Positions 42,840-53,564 of a stretch of DNA of 64,000 nt are shown in pieces. How positions within the stretch are numbered: the stretch's first letter is position 1; each line of letters opens with the position of its first letter. The stretch lies in IMG/VR virus record IMGVR_UViG_3300033977_000108, positions 1-64,000 of that record. One strand, written 5' to 3'. Made by a program: the position numbers and the translations under genes. The notes beneath the pieces are model-generated. The model was given only the letters and a program-made list of their open reading frames with translations, did not search any database and had not been told where the DNA came from.

Positions 42840-43451
42840 ATGCCATTCGATCAGAATTTCAGCAGTCAACCACCTTATGCCGGGAGCGGTTCGCTCGGGC
42901 CCACGCCGCCAAATGTAACATTACCGGCTACACAAGATTATCCTGTGCCGCCTAATGTATCAAATTTGCCTTATAATCCGCCAGATTTACCAGAAGGTTT
43001 TGCCAATGAAGGCGAGACCTATTTCCCAACCACAAGTGCGGTATATGGAATTCCTCTGCAATGGAAATCGTCCGACCTTCCTTCGGAGGGTGGTGGATAT
43101 GCAGAAGCAATCAAGTTAGTTGACAAGGCCTCTTCTAATACCACCAGTAACCCGGCAGCCATTGGTGCACGCGGCGTACAGGTTATCGTTCAATTCTTTC
43201 CTACTATGTCTGGCGCTTATAGTTTGACGGCAGCAGCCATGTCTTGTAATGTTGCTTTGTATACTTACAATCCAGAGACCAGCGTGACCACAGAAGTTAC
43301 TTCATGGCTCGGCGTAACGCCAGGCGATGACTTGAATGATATGTTTGTCGGCAATCTGGAAGAGGTAGACCTAAATGGACTGCCTTTATCAATAAGTGTG
43401 TCTAGTATTGTGGGAGGCAGCGTTTCGGTATATGTCGTTCCGCTTTCCTAA
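42840..43451 (+). CDS. Hypothetical virion structural protein
   Basis: SD GAGGAG; Pro-rich N-terminus, beta-rich C-terminus. Confidence 0.65.
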   Translation: MPFDQNFSSQPPYAGSGSLGPTPPNVTLPATQDYPVPPNVSNLPYNPPDLPEGFANEGETYFPTTSAVYGIPLQWKSSDLPSEGGGYAEAIKLVDKASSNTTSNPAAIGARGVQVIVQFFPTMSGAYSLTAAAMSCNVALYTYNPETSVTTEVTSWLGVTPGDDLNDMFVGNLEEVDLNGLPLSISVSSIVGGSVSVYVVPLS

Positions 43452-45403
43452 TGGAAACAGCGAGAGCCAGTTTTGAGCACCAGATGATAGAACAAGAATT
43501 CCTTGCCCCAGTCATAAAACGAAGCGAAAAAGACCCAGGCCTTATTCGCCGGATGCAAAATCCTATCTGCAAAGCCTGTCATGCAGAATACCAGAAGAAA
43601 TATCCAGGTTCTCCGTTTAAAATAATCTGCAATGGTATCCCCGATGAGCAGGATTTCAAAGAGGCCTCTGAAAAGACGGGTATGCCTTATGAACAGGTTC
43701 GGGAGGTGATGGATTTACAATACTGGACTGAAAGGCACATGAAGGTAACCGATGAAAGAGGCGATGTAATATCTTTCCGTGCCCGCGATTATCAAGTGCC
43801 TATTCTCCGCTGTACGGCGAATAGGAAGGTCAATCGCTGCGGTCGCGGATTAGGAAAAACACTCCTTAGCACTTTTGAAGAATTGCATTGGGCATTGAAC
43901 AATAAGAACTTTCCTATCCTTGTTGTCTCCCCCGCCAAAGCCCAGGCCAAGAAATGGTATGATGACATTCTGTGGGCAGCGGACCAGGATCCCGAGATTT
44001 CAGAATCCATTATACAAAGGCTACAGCAGCCTTTTTATCTCATCCGTTTCTCTAATGGCTCAAGTATCTCTATTTTTACGGCCGGTTCAGAATCAGGTCG
44101 CGGTGCCGGTTCAATCCGTTCTCAAAGCCCTAGGCGCGTCCGATTAGAGGAACAGGACGGCTTGAATGAAGCCGATTACAAGCCCATACAGCCCTTATTC
44201 CGCCGCTATAAAAACAGCACCGTCCATGGACAAAGTACCCCATGTGGAGACCGGAGCTTCTTTTGGAAGATGTGCTGCCGGTTCAAGGACTATAAGGAAT
44301 TCCATGTTCCCATTACGCGGCACCCGGACTGGGGTAAGGAAATGGAGGAAGCCTGCCGGAGAGAAGCTGGGACTTACATCAACTTCCAGCATGAATTCCT
44401 GGCAGAATTCGGAGACCCAGAGGAGGGCGTATTCAAAGCTCGGTTCATTGATGCCTCGCGTCGGCCCTATTACTACAAAGATTGTAAGCATGTCCCCGGA
44501 CGCGCTTACTTCCTCGGTGTAGATTGGAATGGCGAAGGCACTGGTATGCGGGCGCGCGTTCTTGAGTTTAACCCGGAGGATGAAATCCGCCGTGTAGTGG
44601 ATACCGCCCTGGTATCAGGCGAAAAATCCACCACTATGGATGTTTTATACACCATACGCAATCTAAACCGAAAGTGGCACTGTGAAGAGATTTATCTTGA
44701 TTATGGCTATGGAGCATTCCAAGCCGGCATGTTGAGGGAAATGGGCAATCCGGCGATAATAACTTCGCCTGATGACTTGCGTCTCCGATTTATCAAGACT
44801 GTGGATTTCGGCGCCAATCTGAAAACCAATAAGCTAATCCCAAAGCGAGGTCGTCCAAAGTTCCTGAAGATAGACGAGGAAAAGAAGGCTACCAAGCCAT
44901 TCATGGTTGAAAGTGCGGTGATGGTATTAGAGAATGATAAGTTCAAGTTTGCCGAATCTGATGCCACCCTCGATTCCGAGTTCCGAGCCTATAAGGTCAA
45001 GACATGGAGCCTTCATGGCCACGCCAATACTTATACAGGCGGCAAAATAGGAGACCACGACCTTACGGCTACAATGCTGGCCATGATGGCTATTGATTTG
45101 AAGTATGGTGCCCTTTCAGCCACGGCGCCTGTTCATCAACCTGTGATGCGTAATGTTTCCACAATGACGCAGGATGGTATGCCAGTGCGCGCGCGTGCTG
45201 ATTCTGTTACGCCCCGGGCCGAAGGTAATCCAGATTCTCCATTTACACCATCCAAGCAGCCAAGAATAGTAGCGGCAACCAGGCAAGCCGTTGTAGTCGT
45301 ACCGCCCAGGGCCTCGCCGACTTCGCGTGCAGGGCGTTCAGTATTTCCTTCACGCACGCGATTACGCTCACCTTTTGTCCGCGCGCCTTATAGGGGATTC
45401 TAA
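43451..45403 (+). CDS. terL: Terminase large subunit
   Basis: Adenine-binding RDYQ, Walker A GRGLGKT, coupling motif QSTP, FxxEFLAEF, RNase H-like LGVDWN, YLDYG, GDHD. Confidence 0.92.
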   Translation: METARASFEHQMIEQEFLAPVIKRSEKDPGLIRRMQNPICKACHAEYQKKYPGSPFKIICNGIPDEQDFKEASEKTGMPYEQVREVMDLQYWTERHMKVTDERGDVISFRARDYQVPILRCTANRKVNRCGRGLGKTLLSTFEELHWALNNKNFPILVVSPAKAQAKKWYDDILWAADQDPEISESIIQRLQQPFYLIRFSNGSSISIFTAGSESGRGAGSIRSQSPRRVRLEEQDGLNEADYKPIQPLFRRYKNSTVHGQSTPCGDRSFFWKMCCRFKDYKEFHVPITRHPDWGKEMEEACRREAGTYINFQHEFLAEFGDPEEGVFKARFIDASRRPYYYKDCKHVPGRAYFLGVDWNGEGTGMRARVLEFNPEDEIRRVVDTALVSGEKSTTMDVLYTIRNLNRKWHCEEIYLDYGYGAFQAGMLREMGNPAIITSPDDLRLRFIKTVDFGANLKTNKLIPKRGRPKFLKIDEEKKATKPFMVESAVMVLENDKFKFAESDATLDSEFRAYKVKTWSLHGHANTYTGGKIGDHDLTATMLAMMAIDLKYGALSATAPVHQPVMRNVSTMTQDGMPVRARADSVTPRAEGNPDSPFTPSKQPRIVAATRQAVVVVPPRASPTSRAGRSVFPSRTRLRSPFVRAPYRGF

Positions 45404-45825
45404 TGATAGTACAAGAAGCGCAAGCTATAGCTACCCTGAACTCTTATCACCTGCCGCTAAATGTTCAGATAATACAAAAAGCAACTGATTGGCAAGGCAG
45501 GCAATATCTTGCCTATTGGGCCATGAAAGAATGTATTCGGGAAGACTTTCTTGGCATCGCAGATTGGTTTGATCAGATTACAAGATATTCAGCGGCCAAT
45601 CCAGAAGCGTTATCGGGACCATATAAAGTCATCTCACCACCTAACCCGAGATGGGAACTTGCTAATGCTATGACTATTTTGACCGAAGCCCCCATGCCAA
45701 ATACCAATCCTCCTTTTCTTGTAGATATCAATTTGGCAGTAATGACTGGCTTTGGCGATGTGTTTGTTATAACCCCTGATCAGATGATGGGAAATCAATC
45801 TGAACTCGGCGGTCTGATAGGATAA
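45403..45825 (+). CDS. Hypothetical protein
   Basis: TAATG coupling to terL. Confidence 0.65.
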   Translation: MIVQEAQAIATLNSYHLPLNVQIIQKATDWQGRQYLAYWAMKECIREDFLGIADWFDQITRYSAANPEALSGPYKVISPPNPRWELANAMTILTEAPMPNTNPPFLVDINLAVMTGFGDVFVITPDQMMGNQSELGGLIG

Positions 45826-45859
45826 TGAGTTTCTATACTTATCTTTGGAGCAGAAATAG

Positions 45860-47530
45860 ATGTCTTGGGAGCCTATCACATTTACATATATCCCGCCACT
45901 CACTGTGCCCAGCCCGCCAGTGCAGCCTCAAAGTGTAGCTTCTTCTCCTTCCACAGCCCCAGCTACTTTAGGAGGTTCTGTATTTCAAAATAGCGGGGCC
46001 GGACAGCTAATCCAACGCTTCCAAGCCTTGTCGGCCACTTCTGATTATTTGACATCCATAGTGAATACTCTTTGTGACACTTTGAACATAGCAATAAATC
46101 CGGGTACAGATTTCAATGTTGCCACAGCCCTGGGTCGCCTATATAAGTCCACTACGCCAGTCCCAGGAATAGACATGGTTATGTATAATAACCTATTGCA
46201 GGCAGAATTGGGGATTACCAGGATTGATATAGTGCAAAGCCCAAATTCTACACAGATGGTATTGCCAATACAAAGGGATGATCTCGGCGTAGTAAATAGG
46301 GCCTTTGAGAATGCTTTGGTCAACGACGGCACTTATACGCATCAGCTTCCTTTGCTATTACGCCCGCTGGCCGGGGATAAACTGCTTTTTGATTATACAA
46401 CCACGGAGCTTCAGAATTATCCTATCCTGACAACCAATAATCCCTCGGCTACCGATGTATCCCCTGGAATCAGCGATAAATTGAATAATCTTTGTGACCG
46501 CTATCAGACTTTATATGCTTCAAATTATACCATGATGATAGCCCCCGATCCAATTTCTGCCGGGGCGCCTACTATCATAGCTGCGTTGACGCCCAGTATC
46601 AATGCTCCGGTTAATGCTTTGACTTCAGCCGGCAATGCCATTTCCAGCACTTTGACTAAAACTACCTCTGCTATAGCAGGAGTGGAGAGCACAGTTATCT
46701 CTGAGGTTTCCAAAGTCTTGACACCCGCCAGTGAGATAGTATTTGCTTTGGGGTCCATTGTAGCTACACTCACGGCACTGAAAGCCATCTTCTTTGCTAC
46801 TTCAATGACGAACATTATATCCAGTCTATCCTTTATATTACCTCGTCTGGCGGTTGAGCTGGTTATGAATATGCTGCATGTTGATCGTTTTATGCAGCTG
46901 GCTACGACGGAAGTGGCAGTTATAAATTCAAAGCTACAGAATGCTATTGATGCTACTTCTCAATTATACAGCACGCTTCTGGGTATAGGCTTGACGCCGA
47001 TTCTTCTGAAACATCAATTGGATACTATTGCTTCTTTGACCAAGCAACAGTCTATATCCAAGCAGCCAATGCCGAATTTGAATGAGACCGGTATCCCCAG
47101 TGAATTGTTGCAAGTAGGGTCAATTATAAATTGGGCTGGGAATGAGACGCAGCGCTATGCCCAGGATATAGAACTAAACTGTCAGAAAATCCTTGATAGT
47201 CGGCTCAATTCCAGCGGCGATATGACGGAAATAATGTCCAGCCTGAAATCCGTAGAGGCGCTCATTGCTATGGCGCAATGCATTTTGAATGTGCAAGGTT
47301 CTATGGCAAGCGTGCCTACTACAGCCGTTGGGATAACCAGTTCTTTACAGGCCTTTGGTCAAGTAATGAATGAGATGAACACTCCCGCTGGCGCCTCTTA
47401 TACAGTAGTCGGCAATCAGCTAGTAATCACGCCGCCTAATATACCCGCCCCTTCTTCAAATGTGGCCAATGTTTTGACCAGTGGAGGAGCCACGGTAGGA
47501 AATACGAAATACACGGCGAGTTCAGCATAA
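45860..47530 (+). CDS. Ser/Thr/Ala-rich virion structural protein
   Basis: 556 aa, located between terL and portal. Confidence 0.6.
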   Translation: MSWEPITFTYIPPLTVPSPPVQPQSVASSPSTAPATLGGSVFQNSGAGQLIQRFQALSATSDYLTSIVNTLCDTLNIAINPGTDFNVATALGRLYKSTTPVPGIDMVMYNNLLQAELGITRIDIVQSPNSTQMVLPIQRDDLGVVNRAFENALVNDGTYTHQLPLLLRPLAGDKLLFDYTTTELQNYPILTTNNPSATDVSPGISDKLNNLCDRYQTLYASNYTMMIAPDPISAGAPTIIAALTPSINAPVNALTSAGNAISSTLTKTTSAIAGVESTVISEVSKVLTPASEIVFALGSIVATLTALKAIFFATSMTNIISSLSFILPRLAVELVMNMLHVDRFMQLATTEVAVINSKLQNAIDATSQLYSTLLGIGLTPILLKHQLDTIASLTKQQSISKQPMPNLNETGIPSELLQVGSIINWAGNETQRYAQDIELNCQKILDSRLNSSGDMTEIMSSLKSVEALIAMAQCILNVQGSMASVPTTAVGITSSLQAFGQVMNEMNTPAGASYTVVGNQLVITPPNIPAPSSNVANVLTSGGATVGNTKYTASSA

Positions 47531-47539
47531 GGAGTTTCT

Positions 47540-49753
47540 ATGCCACGCACCAAGAAAATGACTGAAAAAGAGGAACAGAAAGCGCAGCGTTTAGACCGCC
47601 TAGCTCGCTTCAAGCGCGGTAAATTTGTCTCTCCTATGGCTGTAGCAGCCGTGCCGAAATCAAAAGGCCTGTTGCCAGAGCCGAGAATGGATAACTGGGG
47701 AGTGCGGGCTATTCAGAAGCCCCTTACTTGGTCGCCCCTTACCGAACGGATAAGACTAGCCACGCGTATAAAAGATAAAGCGGCTACCCAAGAACAGAGA
47801 GACAAGACTGGTGGTTTTTACTTGAAAGATGTAGGCTCTTCTGACCTGCCAAAAGTATTTGCCAAGGTCGCCGCCAAAATACAGAACGAACAGGATTACA
47901 TGAACTCGTACTGGGGCTGGATTGGCATTATACAGCCGGAGTATGAGCTCCTAGAACCATGGACCATCTTTGATACCGAAGCTTATCTGCGTGTTGCCAC
48001 GGAGCGGAAACAAAGCCTGATGTTTAGGAACGGCTTCAAAGTCATGGGCGATAATGAGACCTTCCGCCAATACATAGAGAAGCGATTTGCCCAGATTGCC
48101 TATTTCATGGATCTCACGACCGAGAACTTCTTCAAGAGGATACTGATCCAACTTTTGGTCTCTTCAAACTGTATAGTATTGAAAATACGTGATGAGAATG
48201 CTTCCGGCGGCACGGCTAACGACAAGAATAAGAATAAGAAACCTGTGGCTGCCTATACCATTGTCCCATCCCATACTATTTATCCCTACTTGGATGGCAA
48301 GGGCCGAATAGAGAAGTGGCGCAGGTTTTTCGCCGACGGCCGCACATTTGAAGATTATCCGGTAGAAGATATCATTCATTTTTACTGGGACAAAAAGGAA
48401 GGCCACATCTTTGGCACTCCTCGGACAGTTGCTATCCGCGATGACATTTTGGCTTTGCGCCGGCTGGAAGAGAATGTGGAACTGTTGATGATACATCACC
48501 TGTTCCCATTATTTCATGTGGCAGTGGGCACCCCAGACCAGCCCGCGGATTACGAAGTGGAAGGCGTCAGCGAGGTAGATTTCGTCCGTAATGCCATTGA
48601 ACAGATGCCCAAAGAAGGTATGCTGGTCACCGATGAGCGCGTGCGGGTGGAAGCCGTAGGTGCCAAAACCACTGCCCTGGAATATGACAAGATTGTCCAG
48701 CACTATAAGACCCGTGTTTTCACAGGGTTAGGGGTAAGCGGCGTGGATATGGGAGAGGGGGATACCTCTAATAGAAGTACCGCTGAAACAGTATCCCAGA
48801 ACTTGAAGGATAGCGTAAAAGCTGACCTGGACTGGTTCTGTGGGCAGATTCAGATGTTGATGATAAAGGAATTCTTCCAAGAGGCGCCATTTGACCTTAG
48901 CGTTCAGAATGCCGTTGCTGATGTCCATCTGGCGTTCTCTGAGATAGATGTGGATGGGATGATAAAGACCGAGAACCATCATCTCAATCTGTATAACAGC
49001 CATTTGATTGATGAGACCGAAGCCCGTCAAAGGCTCGGCCGCCAGCCATTGACTGAAGAGCAGCGCAAGAATACGCATTATCATCGCCATATCCTGGATT
49101 TGGCTCTCAGGACGGCCAAGGCGCGCGCCCAATATGCCTATGAATACGCTATTCCAAGAGGCGAAGGCACGCCTGGCGGCAAGAGTACAGGAGGTGGCGG
49201 CAAAGGCTCGCCAGCAAAGAAAGCCACGCCCCGGTACAAAAGTCCAAAAGTGGCCGAGCAGCCTGAAAATCAGCATGGAAGGAACCTAGACCCTCATCGT
49301 GCTAGGTCCAGTACAAGTCTAGAATCCCTCCGCGATCTTCTTTTGGCCCTGCGCGCTGCTTTGGATAAGGAAGGCCGGCTGACCTTGGATGAATGGAGAA
49401 ACAATGCCGAGAAGGCTATCTATCTCTATTTCAGTGATTTGATGGGTGAGAACGCCTATACTAACCAGGAGCGAATGGAACAAGTCCGAGATAGGGCTCT
49501 GGCACTTATCCGTGAAACACATAATCCAGACCTGATTTCGGTGATTTTAGATGATGCGGAAGTAGATCTTCTGCAAGAGGAAACTGAGACACATGGCGAA
49601 CAAGAAACAGATGCCCGACCCGCTATTGAACCTGCACAAGGCGCCATTACCGCAGGTGATTCAGAACCTGGGCAAAGCCTCGGGGATGAATCCACAACAA
49701 CGGAAGGAACGAGTTCTGGAGTTGGCACTGGGGCCGAAACGAACGACTCCTAA
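47540..49753 (+). CDS. Portal protein
   Basis: Y...DIIHF....G..FG.P.., HYK..VF.GLGVS..D.G.G..SNRSTA; position between terL and protease. Confidence 0.85.
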   Translation: MPRTKKMTEKEEQKAQRLDRLARFKRGKFVSPMAVAAVPKSKGLLPEPRMDNWGVRAIQKPLTWSPLTERIRLATRIKDKAATQEQRDKTGGFYLKDVGSSDLPKVFAKVAAKIQNEQDYMNSYWGWIGIIQPEYELLEPWTIFDTEAYLRVATERKQSLMFRNGFKVMGDNETFRQYIEKRFAQIAYFMDLTTENFFKRILIQLLVSSNCIVLKIRDENASGGTANDKNKNKKPVAAYTIVPSHTIYPYLDGKGRIEKWRRFFADGRTFEDYPVEDIIHFYWDKKEGHIFGTPRTVAIRDDILALRRLEENVELLMIHHLFPLFHVAVGTPDQPADYEVEGVSEVDFVRNAIEQMPKEGMLVTDERVRVEAVGAKTTALEYDKIVQHYKTRVFTGLGVSGVDMGEGDTSNRSTAETVSQNLKDSVKADLDWFCGQIQMLMIKEFFQEAPFDLSVQNAVADVHLAFSEIDVDGMIKTENHHLNLYNSHLIDETEARQRLGRQPLTEEQRKNTHYHRHILDLALRTAKARAQYAYEYAIPRGEGTPGGKSTGGGGKGSPAKKATPRYKSPKVAEQPENQHGRNLDPHRARSSTSLESLRDLLLALRAALDKEGRLTLDEWRNNAEKAIYLYFSDLMGENAYTNQERMEQVRDRALALIRETHNPDLISVILDDAEVDLLQEETETHGEQETDARPAIEPAQGAITAGDSEPGQSLGDESTTTEGTSSGVGTGAETNDS
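49456..49469 (+). promoter_or_regulatory. CTATACTAACCAGG motif copy 3 (internal to portal, upstream of the head genes)
   Basis: Exact 14-mer, 300 nt before the protease gene. Confidence 0.5.
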
Positions 49754-49768
49754 TCAATAAGGATACCA

Positions 49769-52063
49769 ATGAAGCATCGTCTCGGAATGAGGGATTTCTT
49801 GACGTTCCGACCGAAGGAAGTCCTGGAAAACAAGAAATTGCTATTTGAATGTTCCGATGAGATGAGCCCAACCGGTTCTAGTCTTCTGGTAAGGGTTGAG
49901 GCTACCCATGCTGGTATCATTAATGGCAATCATCGGTTTTATCGGCCGGACCGAATGCAAGATTCCGTTTCGACCTGGACCGATGGCTTTGCAAAGCCTG
50001 TCTTGGCTCATCACCAAGAAGACAGCGATGCTTTAGGTCGGGTGCTCCGCGCGAAGTATCAGGACCTATCCTATAAATACGCGCAAGATTATCCAATAGT
50101 CCGAAGCACTCTTTTTTATAATACGGATGCCAAGGAACGGTTTAATCTGTTTGAGTCAGTTGATTGGATCGCCGAACACCTGATGAGTTTCGACGATTAT
50201 CGTGGTCTGGGCTTTATTGAATTGGGTCTCAACATCACTAACCCAGACGCCATTCGCAAAGTTTTGAACGACGAGTACCTGACTGTTTCAGTCGGGTTTG
50301 ACACCGATCAGGCCTTCTGTTCTGTATGTCATCAGGATTGGGCCGAAGATGATCGTTGTGAGCACAAACTGGGCACCCGGGTTGATGGAAAGAAAGCATT
50401 TCTGATTTCCGGGTATTTTGATTATCACGAAATGAGCTATATCAATTTCCCAGCCGATCCATTCGCTGGGACTATTGACAAGGGCAGATTGGAAGATAAT
50501 CTGAATAGAGTATTCTTCCTTGGGCTGCCCGTCCGGGAACAGGCTACCGTCCTGGGCCGGATTAGCGACCAGAAATGTATTGATGCTATCAGTTACGAGT
50601 CAGATATTCAGGTGGTGCCAGCAAAGGATAGCCTAATGAGCGACAAACTGAAACAGTTCCTTGAAGAGCTTGGCAAGCCAGAGCTGACGAAAGAAAAGGC
50701 TCTGGAGATAAGGGACGCAGCAACTGCCATTACGCCAGAAGGCACGGAAGAGATAAAGCTACATAAACGGGTCGTTTCTACCGCCCGGGCCATTATACGA
50801 AAGAATGGCTGGGGTGAGACGAAAGATACCCTAACAAAAGAACAAGTTGAAGCCAAGGTTGCCAGCATAGTGGATATGCTGCGCAACATGTCCAAGGAAG
50901 CACGGCCGAATTATATAGCCCAAGTGGCCGCGCAGGCTAAGGAAGTTGGTGTTGAATTCACCCCTCCCAATCTGGACGAAATTGAGGAAGCAGACGAGTG
51001 GAAGCTGGAAGACCTGCCCGAAGATGAGCGTGAGTACTTCAAGGATCCAGATAAGTTATACGAGCTATTAGCTGCCGAGATTGACGCGGCTGTGGCCGAT
51101 GGCGAGCTTGAAGCCGAGGCAGTGAAAGATGCGAAACTGAGTACATCGGCTCGTAAGAAGCTCAAGAGCGGAACTTTCTGTGGTCCCAATAGATCGTTTC
51201 CGGTCCCAGATTGCGCTCACGTTGTGGCTGCTCGCCGGCTAATCGGCCGTTATAAGGGCGGCGGTTCCAAGGAGAGAATCCTGGCTTGTGTATCACGTAA
51301 AGCTTCAGCCCTTGGCTGTGGCGGCGGCAGCAAGAAAGCGGGCGATGAGAAAAGCCTTGAAGACACTGTGAAGTCACTCCATGGCTGGAAGGACAGTGAT
51401 GTCACCAATGCCGCCCTGCCCCACTTGAAAGAATTGGATGGACTTCATAAGAAGGCTGAAGATAGTGACAAGTATCTGCTCCATTCAGCCACTCAAGCTA
51501 TGCTTGAGCATTGGAGCAGCCTGAGACAGTTTGAGTATTACCGAACGAAGTTGGCCGAAGATAAAGACTATATTGTCATCCCCAAGAGCGAGCACGAAGC
51601 GTTGCAGGATGGCGTGGTCAAGGCCGAGAATGCCTTGCAAGAACAAAAGACTGCCGCTGACACCTGGCAGAATACTTCCGAGAGCCTTGTAGCAAAACTG
51701 AAGAAAACAAAGGCCGCTCAAATCGTAATGTTCCGTATCCTGACCGGCGAGAAAGGGTATCAAAACCTGGATACGGAAACCGTAAAGGGCAAGATTGAAG
51801 AGTTGACAAAGCGCACCGTTGGAAGCTTGGACGATGCTTTGGCTGACATCTTTGACAAGCTGGCCGGATTTGAAGTGACCAGCCCAACCGCCCAGCCCGC
51901 AGCGAAGGAAGTAAATGATAACGCGCAGCCTCCCCAGGAAAGTGATGGGAAGCCCGCAGAGAAGAAACCAGATCCCCAAATGGATCCAGTGCTAGAGAAT
52001 ACACGAGACCCACAATTGCGCGCGCTCCGCGTAGCGTATAACGCTCTCGGGAGCACAAAGTAA
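49769..52063 (+). CDS. Prohead protease fused to scaffold-like region
   Basis: ATHAG..N.N...Y, PVL.HH, GRV, YLTVSVG, CSVC..C.H, E.S.IN.PAD; acidic coiled-coil C-terminal half with FCGPNRSFPVPDCAH domain. Confidence 0.85.
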   Translation: MKHRLGMRDFLTFRPKEVLENKKLLFECSDEMSPTGSSLLVRVEATHAGIINGNHRFYRPDRMQDSVSTWTDGFAKPVLAHHQEDSDALGRVLRAKYQDLSYKYAQDYPIVRSTLFYNTDAKERFNLFESVDWIAEHLMSFDDYRGLGFIELGLNITNPDAIRKVLNDEYLTVSVGFDTDQAFCSVCHQDWAEDDRCEHKLGTRVDGKKAFLISGYFDYHEMSYINFPADPFAGTIDKGRLEDNLNRVFFLGLPVREQATVLGRISDQKCIDAISYESDIQVVPAKDSLMSDKLKQFLEELGKPELTKEKALEIRDAATAITPEGTEEIKLHKRVVSTARAIIRKNGWGETKDTLTKEQVEAKVASIVDMLRNMSKEARPNYIAQVAAQAKEVGVEFTPPNLDEIEEADEWKLEDLPEDEREYFKDPDKLYELLAAEIDAAVADGELEAEAVKDAKLSTSARKKLKSGTFCGPNRSFPVPDCAHVVAARRLIGRYKGGGSKERILACVSRKASALGCGGGSKKAGDEKSLEDTVKSLHGWKDSDVTNAALPHLKELDGLHKKAEDSDKYLLHSATQAMLEHWSSLRQFEYYRTKLAEDKDYIVIPKSEHEALQDGVVKAENALQEQKTAADTWQNTSESLVAKLKKTKAAQIVMFRILTGEKGYQNLDTETVKGKIEELTKRTVGSLDDALADIFDKLAGFEVTSPTAQPAAKEVNDNAQPPQESDGKPAEKKPDPQMDPVLENTRDPQLRALRVAYNALGSTK

Positions 52064-52074
52064 CAGGAGCTAAC

Positions 52075-53280
52075 ATGGCTTTTGACATTAACAGCAACTA
52101 TCGTGGCGACTTTTATGGTCGAGATCGTTTGGGCTTCACGACCCCTGATGTGGATGCTTCCCAATGGGAACGTCCATATCTGACTATTCCATATCCTGCC
52201 CCTTGGCTGCCTGGTAAACGGCGTGATGATGCACATCCTGCCGGTGCCCAGGTAGTTATCAGCACCGGTCAACTGGTCGGTCTGGATAAATCAGGGGCTC
52301 TGATACCCGCTGGCTATTTCTGTGGCAAATCTGCCTTGAGTGCCGCAGAAGGCGGTGCCTATTGCCTGGTTGTCTATGGTGCTGATGACGTTGGTTTTGC
52401 CATCAATCCGCAGACCGGTAATAAGGTAGCATCTGCAGGCGAGTATGTTTGCTTGGGCTGCCCCTCGGACGCCGCTGGTGCAACATCCTTGCTATCAGGC
52501 GACGTTGTAAAACTGCCTAATGGCACTGTCATTGACATTCAAGCCTCCGATGTGGCTTTCGCAACTTCCTGCAACCTAATTCCTGGCGGCTATGGTCGTC
52601 CGGTTGGTTATGCAGTGCGAAATGTCTTCCAGTATTTGGGCGGCGTGAATAGCGTCACCACAATTGGTGGTATCCATTACCTTTTGGATGGCGTGAACCC
52701 AGTTGGTTTCCGTGCCCATAACTACATGCATGAAATGGGTACGGCTATCGCAACCAAGTTCGTCATTCACGTGCCTTGGATTGGTGCTACTTTGACAACT
52801 TTGCAAAGTATGGCCCAAAGTTTGGGATTGACCAACTACGTGCAGACGGATTTCAGCCGTAGCTTCGCCCACTTTACAGGCGCCCTTGGCAATAATCCCG
52901 GCGACCTGTTCCCAGGTTGTTCCGTGGTTGCTTCTCGGCAGCCCGGCGATGCTGGAAACTACGCTCCGTATAATCCAAGTGACCCAACTTGTACTGTGGA
53001 CTTGATTTGCGGACGTGTTCTGGCCGTCGAACCAATCTATCCGATTTTGGATTATGCCAACCGCGTTCGTACACAATTCGAGCGCGCTAATGAGCAGATT
53101 GGTCCGTTCCGTGAGCCCAACGCTGTGATCGGACTCATGGGAGGCTCGGCTACTCGTGGTATCGACTATGCAGTAAACCTGAGCACCAATGGCTTGTTCC
53201 GGTTGGCTAATGATGCCAATCTGGCGAATGCGTTGACTGGCGAGGCTTACAGTTACGTCTATATCCACGTGAGTTGCTAA
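52075..53280 (+). CDS. Capsid decoration/minor head protein
   Basis: Between protease and MCP; GQLVGLDKSG.LIPAG. Confidence 0.65.
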   Translation: MAFDINSNYRGDFYGRDRLGFTTPDVDASQWERPYLTIPYPAPWLPGKRRDDAHPAGAQVVISTGQLVGLDKSGALIPAGYFCGKSALSAAEGGAYCLVVYGADDVGFAINPQTGNKVASAGEYVCLGCPSDAAGATSLLSGDVVKLPNGTVIDIQASDVAFATSCNLIPGGYGRPVGYAVRNVFQYLGGVNSVTTIGGIHYLLDGVNPVGFRAHNYMHEMGTAIATKFVIHVPWIGATLTTLQSMAQSLGLTNYVQTDFSRSFAHFTGALGNNPGDLFPGCSVVASRQPGDAGNYAPYNPSDPTCTVDLICGRVLAVEPIYPILDYANRVRTQFERANEQIGPFREPNAVIGLMGGSATRGIDYAVNLSTNGLFRLANDANLANALTGEAYSYVYIHVSC

Positions 53281-53302
53281 TTCTAGTCGCTGGATTCTCA
53301 AT

Positions 53303-53519
53303 GATTCGCCTAACGACGAGCATTACGAAGGGTAAGGCACTTTTTGTCGGCGCGGATTTACGCTGTAATGCCCCGCGCCCCAACGGGCAGCGAAAAACCT
53401 GTAATAAGCTGCTCTGTAAGAAGAACGAACTGGGACAGCTCGCTGGCAATTATCGTTGTGAACGTTGCGGGCAGAGCGTCGAGGTTAGTTTGATCCCAGC
53501 CGAAGAATTTCGGCAGTAA
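53303..53519 (+). CDS. Com-like zinc-ribbon protein
   Basis: LRC..CNKLL..YRCERCG, the Mu Com family pattern. Confidence 0.6.
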
Positions 53520-53564
53520 GTTCCTATTGAGGTTCCAGAGGCCCGTAAATACGAGAGGACCATT

